In this document: in pieces, positions 18,717 to 27,461 of the stretch
Numbering within the stretch: position 1 is the stretch's first letter
Layout: each line of letters starts with the position of its first letter
Assembly (NCBI GenBank): GCA_035480055.1
Contig: DATIIB010000009.1
Span: 21,068-85,067, forward strand
DNA from: Candidatus Saccharimonadales bacterium
GTDB taxonomy: Bacteria; Patescibacteriota; Saccharimonadia; Saccharimonadales; DASZAF01
DNA length: 64,000 nucleotides
Direction: 5' to 3'
Position numbers and translations under genes: made by a program
The notes under the pieces: generated by a model
The model's database searches: none
What the model was told of the DNA's origin: nothing
The model's input: only the letters and a program-made list of their open reading frames with translations

Positions 18717-18974
18717 ATGGCAAAACAAATTAAAATTTATACCACTAACACCTGCGCATACTGCAACGCGGTCAAGCAGCTTTTGGATAGCAAAGGGCAC
18801 AAGTACGAGGTAATTAACCTGGACGATCAGCCCGAAAAGCGTGAAGAAATGATGCAGCTGACCGCACTGATGACCGTTCCTGTGGTTGCGGTGACGGACG
18901 ACGCAGACGCAAGCGTTATGCCCAAGATTGTCCAAGGTTGGAATCCAGGCCGCTTGATTGAGGCAGTTTCGTAA
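18717..18974 (+). CDS. Glutaredoxin-like protein (NrdH/Grx family)
   Basis: IKIYTTNTCAYCNAVKQLL has a CxxC active site, and TVPVV follows downstream. Its stop overlaps the trxB start (TAATG). Confidence 0.8.
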   Translation: MAKQIKIYTTNTCAYCNAVKQLLDSKGHKYEVINLDDQPEKREEMMQLTALMTVPVVAVTDDADASVMPKIVQGWNPGRLIEAVS

Positions 18975-19912
18975 TGGCTGACGACACAATTCACGATCTG
19001 GTTATTGTCGGCGCTGGCCCGTCAGCTTTGGCCGCCGCTATTTATACCACCCGCGAAGATATTGAGACGACACTGCTAGAAAAGGGTGTGGTTGGCGGTT
19101 TGGCGGCAATTACCGATTGGGTGGACAATTATCCTGGCTTTGCTAAAGGTGTGTCGGGTTTGGAATTTGCAGACCAACTTCGGGCCCAAGCCGAACGCTT
19201 TGGCGCCAAGATTGTCCTGGGCGAAGTGAGCCAGGTCATTGACGAAGGCGACTACAAACGACTGACCACTACCGACGGCGACTACAAAGCCAAAGCAGTC
19301 TTGATTGCCACCGGCACCGATTATAAGAAGTTAGGCATTCCCGGTGAACAAGAATTTTACGGCCGCGGTGTGCATTATTGTGCTACCTGCGATGGCGCAT
19401 TCTACCGTGACAAGCGTTTGGTGGTTGTTGGCGGAGGTAACTCGGCTGTTCAGGAAGCGTTATTCTTAACTCGATATGCGACTCACATTGATATGCTCGT
19501 CCGCTCGGAGCTCAAGGCTTCCGATGTGCTACTGCACGAACTGGCCAAAAATGACAAAATCACCGTTCATGAAGGCACCACTACCGACCAGATTGAAGGC
19601 GCGGACAATAAAGTTACCAAAGTGCTTGGCATGCACGAAGGCAAGCAAGTAACCTTTCAAACCGACGGTGTATTTGTATTTATCGGCCTGATTCCTAACA
19701 CTCAATTCTTGCGCGGTTCTGCTATAGAGATCGACGAGCGCGGTTTTATCGTTACCAACGCCAAGCTCGAAACCGCAATGAAAGGCGTGTTTGCTAGCGG
19801 TGACGTGCGTGCCGGCGCAACCATGCAGATTGCCAGCGCATCTGGTGAGGGAGCAACTGCGGCTTTGATGATTCGCCAATACCTTGAAGGTGGCGACGGC
19901 AGGCTTTACTAG
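18974..19912 (+). CDS. trxB: Thioredoxin-disulfide reductase
   Basis: GAGPSALAAAIY FAD motif, redox-active CATCDG, GGGNSAVQEA NADPH motif and FASGDV. Confidence 0.95.
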   Translation: MADDTIHDLVIVGAGPSALAAAIYTTREDIETTLLEKGVVGGLAAITDWVDNYPGFAKGVSGLEFADQLRAQAERFGAKIVLGEVSQVIDEGDYKRLTTTDGDYKAKAVLIATGTDYKKLGIPGEQEFYGRGVHYCATCDGAFYRDKRLVVVGGGNSAVQEALFLTRYATHIDMLVRSELKASDVLLHELAKNDKITVHEGTTTDQIEGADNKVTKVLGMHEGKQVTFQTDGVFVFIGLIPNTQFLRGSAIEIDERGFIVTNAKLETAMKGVFASGDVRAGATMQIASASGEGATAALMIRQYLEGGDGRLY

Positions 19913-19915
19913 CAC

Positions 19916-20599
19916 TTATTTTTGGACAAACAAATCCGGGCGATCGGTGCAGAGACCGTCGATGCCCCATTTTTGGAGTCGGGCAACTCGGGCTGGTGCA
20001 TTAACTGTGTAGCAATAAGTGAACAGGCCACGGGCTTGTGCTATTTTGATAAACCACGGTAGCAACAGCCGATGCTGAGTCCCCACCCCGTACAGGACAC
20101 CTCGTTTCACGAGCAGAAAGCGCAGCGGAAAGCGTCGTTGCAGTAAGGCAATTCGTAGAGATGAATGCAGTTGGCGCACTTTCAGAATTTCGCCAAGGTG
20201 GAATGAAGAAATAATGATATCGTCTAGCGTGTATTTCTTTTGTCGCAAAAAGGGCTCAAGCGCTGTCACTAGCGGCTGGGCAATCCCGCGGGTTTTAATT
20301 TCGATATTAAGTTTTATCTTGCCATGCAGGTGCTGCAAGATTTCCTCGAGTGTGGGAATGGGAATGCCATCACGCGTGGCAAGTGCTTTTACCTCAGCAA
20401 GCGTTAGCTCACGGATATGATGCTTAATAAACGCAATCCGTTTGGTAGAACGGTCATGGATGACCACCAGCTGTTTATCTTTGGTGAGCCGAATGTCAAA
20501 CTCAACAAATGCCGCATGGCTGGCAACCGCCTTGTCAAAACTGGCCAAGGTGTTTTCGGGCGCCAACCCGCGCGCGCCTCGGTGACCGATGATAATCAT
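19916..20599 (-). CDS. Glycerophosphodiester phosphodiesterase
   Basis: IIGHRGARGLAPENTLASF, VEFDIRLTKDKQLVVIHD. GDPD family. Confidence 0.85.
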   Translation of the reverse strand: MIIIGHRGARGLAPENTLASFDKAVASHAAFVEFDIRLTKDKQLVVIHDRSTKRIAFIKHHIRELTLAEVKALATRDGIPIPTLEEILQHLHGKIKLNIEIKTRGIAQPLVTALEPFLRQKKYTLDDIIISSFHLGEILKVRQLHSSLRIALLQRRFPLRFLLVKRGVLYGVGTQHRLLLPWFIKIAQARGLFTYCYTVNAPARVARLQKWGIDGLCTDRPDLFVQK

Positions 20600-20605
20600 G
20601 TCCGT

Positions 20606-20635
20606 AGTATACCATTAGTGGAGATGAGATATAAT
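20606..20635. promoter_or_regulatory. Back-to-back divergent leaderless-type promoters in a 43-bp intergenic region
   Basis: On the minus strand, TATACT (20606-20611) lies 6 nt from the glycerophosphodiesterase ATG (20599). On the plus strand, TATAAT (20630-20635) lies 7 nt from the ATG at 20643. Confidence 0.5.
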
Positions 20636-20642
20636 CTGTAGC

Positions 20643-21596
20643 ATGACAGAGAGCATGCTCACGTTAGCGACGCCAGATGGCAAAGCGCTTCCTCTTTTTG
20701 ACAAAACCATTCGTTCACCGATATTAGATGCTCTAGACCTTAGGGCTAATGAGGAATCACTCGAGCGAGCAACTGGCGTCATGCAACAGCTCGCAAGCTT
20801 TGCGGTGACTCATGGATTACGCTCCATTTTACGGCAGCGCTTACAGTGTGCAGACAACTATACTTGGTTGGAGCTTCAACAAGAGATCGGCATCAAGCCT
20901 ACGCATGTCAAATACCTTCTGGCCGCAGCCCAGAGCCATGCGAGTCCTGAATGGCTTCGCCATGACGGTCCTATTCCACCTGAGAAAGTCGGCTATAGGC
21001 TTTTCGCTAATTTTTACTTAGGCAGACGGAGCATACAGAGCCTTTTTGGCCGGTTTGGCGCAGTTGGCCCTTCGGTAAACCCAAATTATGTGCAAACGCT
21101 TCACACTCATAGCCAACACCTTATCGGCGCAGTTGATGGAAAGTACCAGACGACCGAATATCGATATAAGGGCGAGATTGACTCTAAAAGCTATGACGAT
21201 CAAACTATAGAATTTTGGCAACGGTTTGCTGCCACTACGAATTTTGCGCGCCGGCAACGGGTGTACGGCAAGGACGGCCATCCAATGATTGCTCGCGCTA
21301 ATGATGTACACGCCATTTCTTGCGTGCTTCCAGGTACGGTAAGCTTTGCGCTCGAATTACCACCAAGCCGAAGTTTCAGTACTACTTTTGAAGAAACTGG
21401 AAAAGTGCGTAAAAAGCTCAAAGCCAAAGAGGTGATTCCCACTAAGGTGAAGACGGCTAACGACCGCGTGACACAAGGTACTCTCCAAGAATCGGCTGCC
21501 CCAGTTATGGAATTGTTGTCGGCGAAAGCGGCGACTACTCATCCCGAGGCGAGTCATGTGGTAGAATTGCTGTATAACGGCCTTGTGGGGTACTAA
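20643..21596 (+). CDS. Hypothetical protein (ORFan, 317 aa)
   Basis: Long ORF with ordinary amino-acid composition and no recognisable motif. Contains AGG/AGA/ATA codons that look rare in neighbouring core genes. Confidence 0.55.
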   Translation: MTESMLTLATPDGKALPLFDKTIRSPILDALDLRANEESLERATGVMQQLASFAVTHGLRSILRQRLQCADNYTWLELQQEIGIKPTHVKYLLAAAQSHASPEWLRHDGPIPPEKVGYRLFANFYLGRRSIQSLFGRFGAVGPSVNPNYVQTLHTHSQHLIGAVDGKYQTTEYRYKGEIDSKSYDDQTIEFWQRFAATTNFARRQRVYGKDGHPMIARANDVHAISCVLPGTVSFALELPPSRSFSTTFEETGKVRKKLKAKEVIPTKVKTANDRVTQGTLQESAAPVMELLSAKAATTHPEASHVVELLYNGLVGY

Positions 21597-21616
21597 ATTT
21601 AAGAAAGGATTTTCCT

Positions 21617-22144
21617 ATGCCCGACTTTAACCAAGTCTTACCAACTGGCGCAATCGATGATGGCGTCGTCAACACTGTAATTGAAATTTCCCAAGGCTCA
21701 TTCCTCAAGATTGAATGGGATCGCCAGCGCGCCGCCTTTATGCTGGATCGCGTGGAACCGAGCGTGTTTGCCAAGCCCTGCAATTACGGCTTCATTCCTC
21801 AAACATTGGACGAAGACGGTGACGAGCTCGACACCCTAGTTGTGTGCGGTGAACCATTGCCAACCGGCATTTGGCTTGAAGCCCGCATTATTGGCATTAT
21901 GAACTTCGAAGACGACGGCGAAATGGATCACAAAGTGGTGGTGGTGCCAGCTGATGACCGTAATACTGGCGACAGCATTACCACGCTCGACGATCTTGGC
22001 GAACGTTGGAAGCAGCAGGTTGAATTCCACTTTAACCACTACAAAGACCTCAAGAAACCTGGCACAACCAAGGTCCTTGGCTGGGGCGACATCGAGGATG
22101 CCAAAAAAATCATCAAAGAATGTGCTGAACGGTATAAAGCATAG
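21617..22144 (+). CDS. ppa: Inorganic pyrophosphatase (family I)
   Basis: VIEISQGSFLKIEWD, YGFIPQTLDEDGDELDTLVV, DHKVVVVPADD. Confidence 0.92.
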   Translation: MPDFNQVLPTGAIDDGVVNTVIEISQGSFLKIEWDRQRAAFMLDRVEPSVFAKPCNYGFIPQTLDEDGDELDTLVVCGEPLPTGIWLEARIIGIMNFEDDGEMDHKVVVVPADDRNTGDSITTLDDLGERWKQQVEFHFNHYKDLKKPGTTKVLGWGDIEDAKKIIKECAERYKA

Positions 22145-22152
22145 AGCTAATT

Positions 22153-22584
22153 ATGCGTTCAATCGTGGCCAAGGCCATATTACTTGATAAAGCAAATAAC
22201 ATATTGATACTTCGTCGCAGCGGTACTCATCCGTACTGGGCCTTCCAGCTTGATCTGCCTGGCGGTTCGGTTGAAGTAGACGAAGAACCCCTGTTCGCGA
22301 CGGTCCGTGAAATATATGAGGAGTCAGGTTTGCGTGTGGCGCCTACCGAGTTGCAGCTGGCGCTCGCCGAGGATGATGAAGACGACACGCACCACCATAT
22401 GCTGTATTGGGCTCGTCTTAGTCATACAACGCCGAGGGTGCAGCTTAGCTGGGAGCATGACCTGGCGGAGTGGTTGCCGTTTAGTGAACTGGCAACGCGG
22501 ACGATTGCGCCAAATGCAGATTCGTATTTTCTGCGGACCATGCGGTATCTGCACGAGAACCACGATCAGCTTGTCTTGCGCTAA
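22153..22584 (+). CDS. NUDIX hydrolase
   Basis: Nudix box GGSVEVDEEPLFATVREIYEESGL. Confidence 0.85.
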   Translation: MRSIVAKAILLDKANNILILRRSGTHPYWAFQLDLPGGSVEVDEEPLFATVREIYEESGLRVAPTELQLALAEDDEDDTHHHMLYWARLSHTTPRVQLSWEHDLAEWLPFSELATRTIAPNADSYFLRTMRYLHENHDQLVLR

Positions 22585-22598
22585 CCGTAGCGACTCCA

Positions 22599-22604
22599 TA
22601 CAAT
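22599..22604 (+). promoter_or_regulatory. -10 box TACAAT 6 nt upstream of the second NUDIX gene ATG (leaderless-type)
   Basis: ccaTACAATgaggacATG. Confidence 0.4.
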
Positions 22605-22610
22605 GAGGAC

Positions 22611-23201
22611 ATGTTGAAAACTCTCCCTGCGAATGCCACATTGATCCCCAAAAATGCCAAGCAAGTCTTTGAAGGTATTATTTTTGATGTCTACCAATGG
22701 CAGCAAGAAATGTTTGATGGCAGCCACAAAACTTTTGAGATGTTGCAGCGTCCGGACACGGTGCAGGTTATTGCCGTACATGACCACAAAGTTTTGGGTC
22801 TTGAGGAGCAACAGCCTGGTCGGCCGATGTACTTTCGGATGCCAGCTGGTCGCGTTGACGAAGGCGAAGATTGGCTAACAGCGGCAAAACGCGAATTGCT
22901 CGAGGAAACCGGTTTAAATTTTGCTAGCTGGCGTTTGATTTTGGTGCGTCAACCGATTGTAAAGATTGAATGGTTTGTGGCGACCTTTATCGCAATGGAT
23001 CAGATAAGCAAGCAGGCGCAGTCTCTCGATGCAGGCGAACAAAGTAACGTTTTGTGGTTCAGCCTTGATAAGCTAAAACAACGCATCGATCACGAACAAT
23101 CGCCATTAATTGAGTACCTTCGCCCCCTGATTGACCCGTGTCGGACTATTGATGAGCTGACGGCGATAGCTGAATTCCACGGCCAAGAAGTTGACCGCTA
23201 G
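22611..23201 (+). CDS. NUDIX hydrolase (ADP-ribose pyrophosphatase-like)
   Basis: Nudix box PAGRVDEGEDWLTAAKRELLEETGL. Confidence 0.85.
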   Translation: MLKTLPANATLIPKNAKQVFEGIIFDVYQWQQEMFDGSHKTFEMLQRPDTVQVIAVHDHKVLGLEEQQPGRPMYFRMPAGRVDEGEDWLTAAKRELLEETGLNFASWRLILVRQPIVKIEWFVATFIAMDQISKQAQSLDAGEQSNVLWFSLDKLKQRIDHEQSPLIEYLRPLIDPCRTIDELTAIAEFHGQEVDR

Positions 23202-23261
23202 CGAGCAAGTTTGTACAATAAGCATAACCATATCTTGAGTGCTTAAGGTGGAGGGAAATCT

Positions 23262-24278
23262 ATGAAGACACGGATAGGAATAAATGGGTTTGGGCGAATT
23301 GGGCGAAATGCTTTTAAGATTGCCTTTGACCGCGATGACATCGAGATCGTGGCGATCAATGATCTGACTGATCCAGCTACATTGGCGCATTTATTAAAGC
23401 ACGATAGCAACTACGGCGAATATCAGCACGAAGTAACTGCTGACGAAACCGGCATTATCGTCAACGGCCAGCATATCAAAGTCATGGCCGAAAAAGATCC
23501 CGCCAATCTGGCTTGGGGAGCGCATGGCGTGGATGTAGTGATTGAAAGCACCGGTTTCTTTACCGATCCAGCCAAAGCCAAAGCGCATATTGATCCAGCA
23601 GGTGCCAAAAAAGTGGTGCTTTCTGCTCCGGCCAAAGGCGACGGGGCTGATACGATTGTGCTTGGCGTTAACGAAGACAAGCTCAAAGATTCTACAGAAG
23701 TCATTAGCAACGCTAGCTGTACGACCAACTGTATTACGCCGGTTGCGGGAGTGATTGAATCAGCTTTTGGCATCGAAAAAGCGATGATGACCACTGTGCA
23801 TAGCTATACTGCCAGCCAAAAACTCCAAGATGCACCAGCTAAAGATTTACGCGAAGCCCGTAACGCTGCCGAGAACATTGTGCCTACCACTACTGGTGCG
23901 AGCATTGCCGCAGCCAAGGCATTGCCAGCGCTGGAGGGCATCTTTGGGGGGATGAGCGTTCGTGTCCCAACTCCGGTTGTGTCGCTCGCTGACTTTGTGA
24001 TCATCGTCAAGCGCGAGGTGACCGTTGATGAAGTAAACGAAGCCTTTAAGAAGGCAGCCAAAGAGCCATTCTACCAAGGCATCTTGGACGTTACCGAAGA
24101 AGAACTGGTTTCGCGAGACTTTATCGGTAACAGCCATTCAGCCATCGTTGACCTCAAACTAACTGCGGTCGTAGGCGGTAACATGGTTAAAGTTGTTGCT
24201 TGGTATGACAATGAATGGGGCTACAGCAACCGTTTGGTGGAAGTGGTCGCCGACGCGGGTAAACTGCTGCACGAATAA
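23262..24278 (+). CDS. gap: Type I glyceraldehyde-3-phosphate dehydrogenase
   Basis: INGFGRIGRN, active-site SNASCTTNC, WYDNEWGYS. GGTGGAGGG SD upstream. Confidence 0.97.
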   Translation: MKTRIGINGFGRIGRNAFKIAFDRDDIEIVAINDLTDPATLAHLLKHDSNYGEYQHEVTADETGIIVNGQHIKVMAEKDPANLAWGAHGVDVVIESTGFFTDPAKAKAHIDPAGAKKVVLSAPAKGDGADTIVLGVNEDKLKDSTEVISNASCTTNCITPVAGVIESAFGIEKAMMTTVHSYTASQKLQDAPAKDLREARNAAENIVPTTTGASIAAAKALPALEGIFGGMSVRVPTPVVSLADFVIIVKREVTVDEVNEAFKKAAKEPFYQGILDVTEEELVSRDFIGNSHSAIVDLKLTAVVGGNMVKVVAWYDNEWGYSNRLVEVVADAGKLLHE

Positions 24279-24794
24279 ATGAACCAGGACCCTAGCCAAC
24301 AACCCGACAGCGAACCAAGCGAAGACGCTCTTGAGCGTGAAAAACTTCAGGTCAACACCGACACTTTGCAGAGCATACGCACCGAACTCCGGAACAATCC
24401 CCGCACCTACCATATGGTAACCAAACATTTTGGTCCTTCTGACCATCTGTATTTTGGAGATGGTTTTGGTGCGGCTAAAGGTAAGCGTCCGGATTTTTCT
24501 ATCAGTACCCAGAGTGACGACACTGGAGTGATCGGCACGGTTTCTACTGTTGAGGAGATTGATGAGGAGGGCATTGTGACAGAGCAGAACTATCACTTTG
24601 TGTTGGAAGGCGACACTGTGCGAATTCGCAAGGTTGTGACGACTATCGACACTAATTATCCTCCCAAGAGGCGGCTTGAGAGCTTGTGGCAAGTTGAGAG
24701 CATCGAACCTGATCTGTCACTTGAAGGGTGCCGTGAACTTAACCTGACAGTCAATCGATGGCTGCATTCCGATGCCGAAGCGTGGGAATCGTAG
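24279..24794 (+). CDS. Hypothetical protein (ORFan, 171 aa) between gap and rpiB
   Basis: The ATG directly abuts the gap stop (TAAATG). Acidic N-terminus, no recognisable family. Confidence 0.55.
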   Translation: MNQDPSQQPDSEPSEDALEREKLQVNTDTLQSIRTELRNNPRTYHMVTKHFGPSDHLYFGDGFGAAKGKRPDFSISTQSDDTGVIGTVSTVEEIDEEGIVTEQNYHFVLEGDTVRIRKVVTTIDTNYPPKRRLESLWQVESIEPDLSLEGCRELNLTVNRWLHSDAEAWES

Positions 24795-24800
24795 TACACT
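24795..24800 (+). promoter_or_regulatory. -10 box TACACT 6 nt upstream of the rpiB ATG (leaderless-type)
   Basis: tagTACACTaaaaatATG, directly after the stop of the 24279-24794 ORFan. Confidence 0.4.
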
Positions 24801-24806
24801 AAAAAT

Positions 24807-25256
24807 ATGAAAATCTACATTGGCTCAGACCACGCCGGGTTCGACGCAAAAGAAAAGTTATTTGCGCACCTCAGTAAACTCAAATACGACATTGAAGATG
24901 TGGGCGATAAGGTTCTGGACCCTAACGACGACTATCCCCAATTTGCCTATGCGGCCACGGCGAAATTGCTGGGCGATGCAGATCCTGAGAGCAAAGCGAT
25001 TTTGCTGTGTGGCAGTGGCCAGGGGATGTGCATTGCTGCCAACCGGGTACATGGTATTCGAGCCTCACTGTGTTGGGATGAACAAAGCGCCACAGAAACG
25101 CGCGAAGACAATGATAGTAATGTGCTGTGTCTGCCCGCGCGTGTATTGACCCAGGCTGAGCTTGAACGAGTGACAGAAGCATGGCTCAAAACGCCTTTTT
25201 CTGGAGCACCCCGCCACGCCCGGCGGATTAAAGAGATTGAAGAATTGTACGGCTGA
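24807..25256 (+). CDS. rpiB: Ribose-5-phosphate isomerase B
   Basis: MKIYIGSDHAGF, CGSGQGMCIAANRVHGIRA. Confidence 0.93.
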   Translation: MKIYIGSDHAGFDAKEKLFAHLSKLKYDIEDVGDKVLDPNDDYPQFAYAATAKLLGDADPESKAILLCGSGQGMCIAANRVHGIRASLCWDEQSATETREDNDSNVLCLPARVLTQAELERVTEAWLKTPFSGAPRHARRIKEIEELYG

Positions 25257-25909
25257 TGGCTACGATCTGTCCTACCGTGACTGCCGAAACGCCACAAGAA
25301 TATGCCGCCAATCTTGCTGAGGTAGCCGCGTTCGCTGCGCGTATTCATATTGATGTCGCTGACAGTGCCTTTACGCCGCGGCAGCTGATTATGCCCGCGC
25401 AGGTCTATCTGCCACAAGATGTGATGAGCGACATTCATGTGATGCTGGAGGAGCCTGCTAAGGAACTCATGACCCTTATTAGCCTGCGACCGCATTTGGT
25501 AATTTTTCACGCCGAATCCAAAGGTGATCTGGCGGGATGTTTGGGTGCGCTGCAAAAAGCAGGCATTGCAGCAGGTATTGCGCTGTTGCCGGATACTCAG
25601 GTTGCGGACGCTGCACCTTTAATAACTCTGGCCGACCATGTGCTTATTTTTGCCGGACACCTCGGCTTCCAAGGCGGAACAGCCGATATGAACCAGGTGC
25701 AAAAGATTGCTCAGATCAAAGCGCTCAATGCCAAGGCCGAGATCGCTTGGGACGGTGGCATCAATGACCACAATGCGGCTGAGCTCGCCGCAGCTGGTGT
25801 TGATGTGCTGAATGTGGGCGGATTTATTCACGATGCTGCTGACCCAACGGCTGCATATCAGCGGCTTAGTGCAGCGGTGGAGCGTCCGCGCGTTCAGTCA
25901 GCCAACTAG
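25256..25909 (+). CDS. rpe: Ribulose-phosphate 3-epimerase-like (divergent)
   Basis: TIM-barrel pattern IHIDVADSAFTP, DIHVM, IFHAE, GIALLPDT, GFQGG, WDGGIN and NVGGFI parallels Rpe motifs but is divergent. The start overlaps the rpiB stop. Confidence 0.7.
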   Translation: MATICPTVTAETPQEYAANLAEVAAFAARIHIDVADSAFTPRQLIMPAQVYLPQDVMSDIHVMLEEPAKELMTLISLRPHLVIFHAESKGDLAGCLGALQKAGIAAGIALLPDTQVADAAPLITLADHVLIFAGHLGFQGGTADMNQVQKIAQIKALNAKAEIAWDGGINDHNAAELAAAGVDVLNVGGFIHDAADPTAAYQRLSAAVERPRVQSAN

Positions 25910-26528
25910 AAGTCACCTCGACCGCACTCGTTACCGACAATGTGCCCACTTCCAATCGCCGTGGTATGGTCGTCTGCCGTCGACAGCTTTGTTCGTAAGT
26001 AATAGCGTCTGGGGGAAGCTTCTTATGAGGTGCAAGCGTCTTAAAGATCCGCCCGTCTGGTGAATTCCCAAACATCAGCTGCACTTCGGCTCGTACTCCT
26101 CTGTCGCCCAAGAGGAGGCATGAGAGATGAGCAATTTTGCTTACATCCGGCTTGGCGAGCAACTCTTGCAACTCTTTGAGATCAGCGATCTCTTGTTTTG
26201 CAACAGTAAGACGAGGTCTTTGAGTTGTATCCGGGTTGCAGCGGAACTCTGTGGTGCCAATATTAAACGCATAAGTCGGGTCATCGAGCGCAGTTGGTGG
26301 GCTATCTCTAATATCATCGATCTTGTACTTTGCTGCAATGTAAGAATCAGACAGTGCATCACGGAACGCTCTGCTAGATTCGTCGGTAGCGGTTCGTACG
26401 GTCATTCGAAGAACTTCGGCACGAAAGCCTAACAAAGGTTCGGCATCCGGGCTTTTAAGGTACTCAATTGTATAGCCAAGCGCCTTGGAGAGGTCGTAGC
26501 CACCAGAAAGATCGATACTTTTAGACAT
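25866..26528 (-). CDS. Hypothetical protein (ORFan, 220 aa)
   Basis: Longest ORF in this interval, on the opposite strand to the flanking pentose-phosphate genes. Its 3' end overlaps the rpe 3' end by 44 nt. No family recognised. Confidence 0.5.
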   Translation of the reverse strand: MSKSIDLSGGYDLSKALGYTIEYLKSPDAEPLLGFRAEVLRMTVRTATDESSRAFRDALSDSYIAAKYKIDDIRDSPPTALDDPTYAFNIGTTEFRCNPDTTQRPRLTVAKQEIADLKELQELLAKPDVSKIAHLSCLLLGDRGVRAEVQLMFGNSPDGRIFKTLAPHKKLPPDAITYEQSCRRQTTIPRRLEVGTLSVTSAVEVTSSWLTERADAPPLH

Positions 26529-26606
26529 AAGGCTATGCTGACATATTTATCCAAGCAACGCAATGCCTTCTGTGTAAACTTCAGCGGTGCTATAATCATA
26601 AGTAAT

Positions 26607-27461
26607 ATGGTACAACTGACGACACATCAATTAGAGGTAAAGGCCAACATAATCCGCGAGGATCTTATTAAAATGCTCGAACATGCGGGTTCTGGCCATT
26701 CGGCTGGACCGTTGGGACTTGCCGACATTTTTACCGCGCTATATTTTAATATTCTCAAGCAAGACCCCAAAAATCCCAACTGGGATGAACGCGACATTTT
26801 GGTCTTAAGCAACGGCCACTGCGTGCCAATTCGCTATGTGGCCATGGCGCACGCAGGCTACTTCCCTAAGGAAGAATTGATGACGCTGCGCCAGTTTGGG
26901 TCAAGGTTGCAAGGTCACCCAGAGCGACTGCGCTTACCAGGTCTCGAAACCACATCTGGACCACTTGGATCTGGGTTGAGTCAGGCTGCGGGCATGGCAA
27001 AGGCGCTCAAGATGAACAAGGCCGAGCATCGTTGGGTCTACTGCGTGACCAGTGATGGTGAGCATGACGAAGGCAATTTTTGGGAAGGGGTGATGTTTGC
27101 GGCCAAATACAAACTCCACAATCTGATCGCCATCGTTGATCGCAATAATATTCAGATTGATGGTCACACCGAAGACATCATGCCGCTCGAAGATCTGCAT
27201 GCCAAATGGGAAGCCTTTGGCTGGCACGTGATCGAAATAAATGGTCACAATATGGAAAGTATCATCGATGCCTGCAGTATGGGTCGGGCAGTATTTGAAA
27301 AACCAACGGTTATTATCGCCCACACCATTCCGGGCAAAGGCGTTGATTTTATGGAATACGATCCTGCTTGGCATGGCAAGCCGCCAAAATCCGACGAAGC
27401 CAAAAGGGCGCTGAAAGAACTACGAACCCTGGGTGGCAAAATTAGGAGCGAACATGAGTAA
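26607..27461 (+). CDS. Transketolase, N-terminal (TPP-binding) subunit
   Basis: GSGHSAGPLGLADIF, SNGH, TSDGEHDEGNFWEG. Split-tkt organisation. I prefer the ATG at 26607 (MVQLTTHQL). Confidence 0.93.
   Translation: MVQLTTHQLEVKANIIREDLIKMLEHAGSGHSAGPLGLADIFTALYFNILKQDPKNPNWDERDILVLSNGHCVPIRYVAMAHAGYFPKEELMTLRQFGSRLQGHPERLRLPGLETTSGPLGSGLSQAAGMAKALKMNKAEHRWVYCVTSDGEHDEGNFWEGVMFAAKYKLHNLIAIVDRNNIQIDGHTEDIMPLEDLHAKWEAFGWHVIEINGHNMESIIDACSMGRAVFEKPTVIIAHTIPGKGVDFMEYDPAWHGKPPKSDEAKRALKELRTLGGKIRSEHE

Noticed and set aside
24947-25555. 202-aa minus-strand ORF across rpiB/rpe
   Set aside because: It overlaps two confidently identified plus-strand genes and is a shadow ORF.
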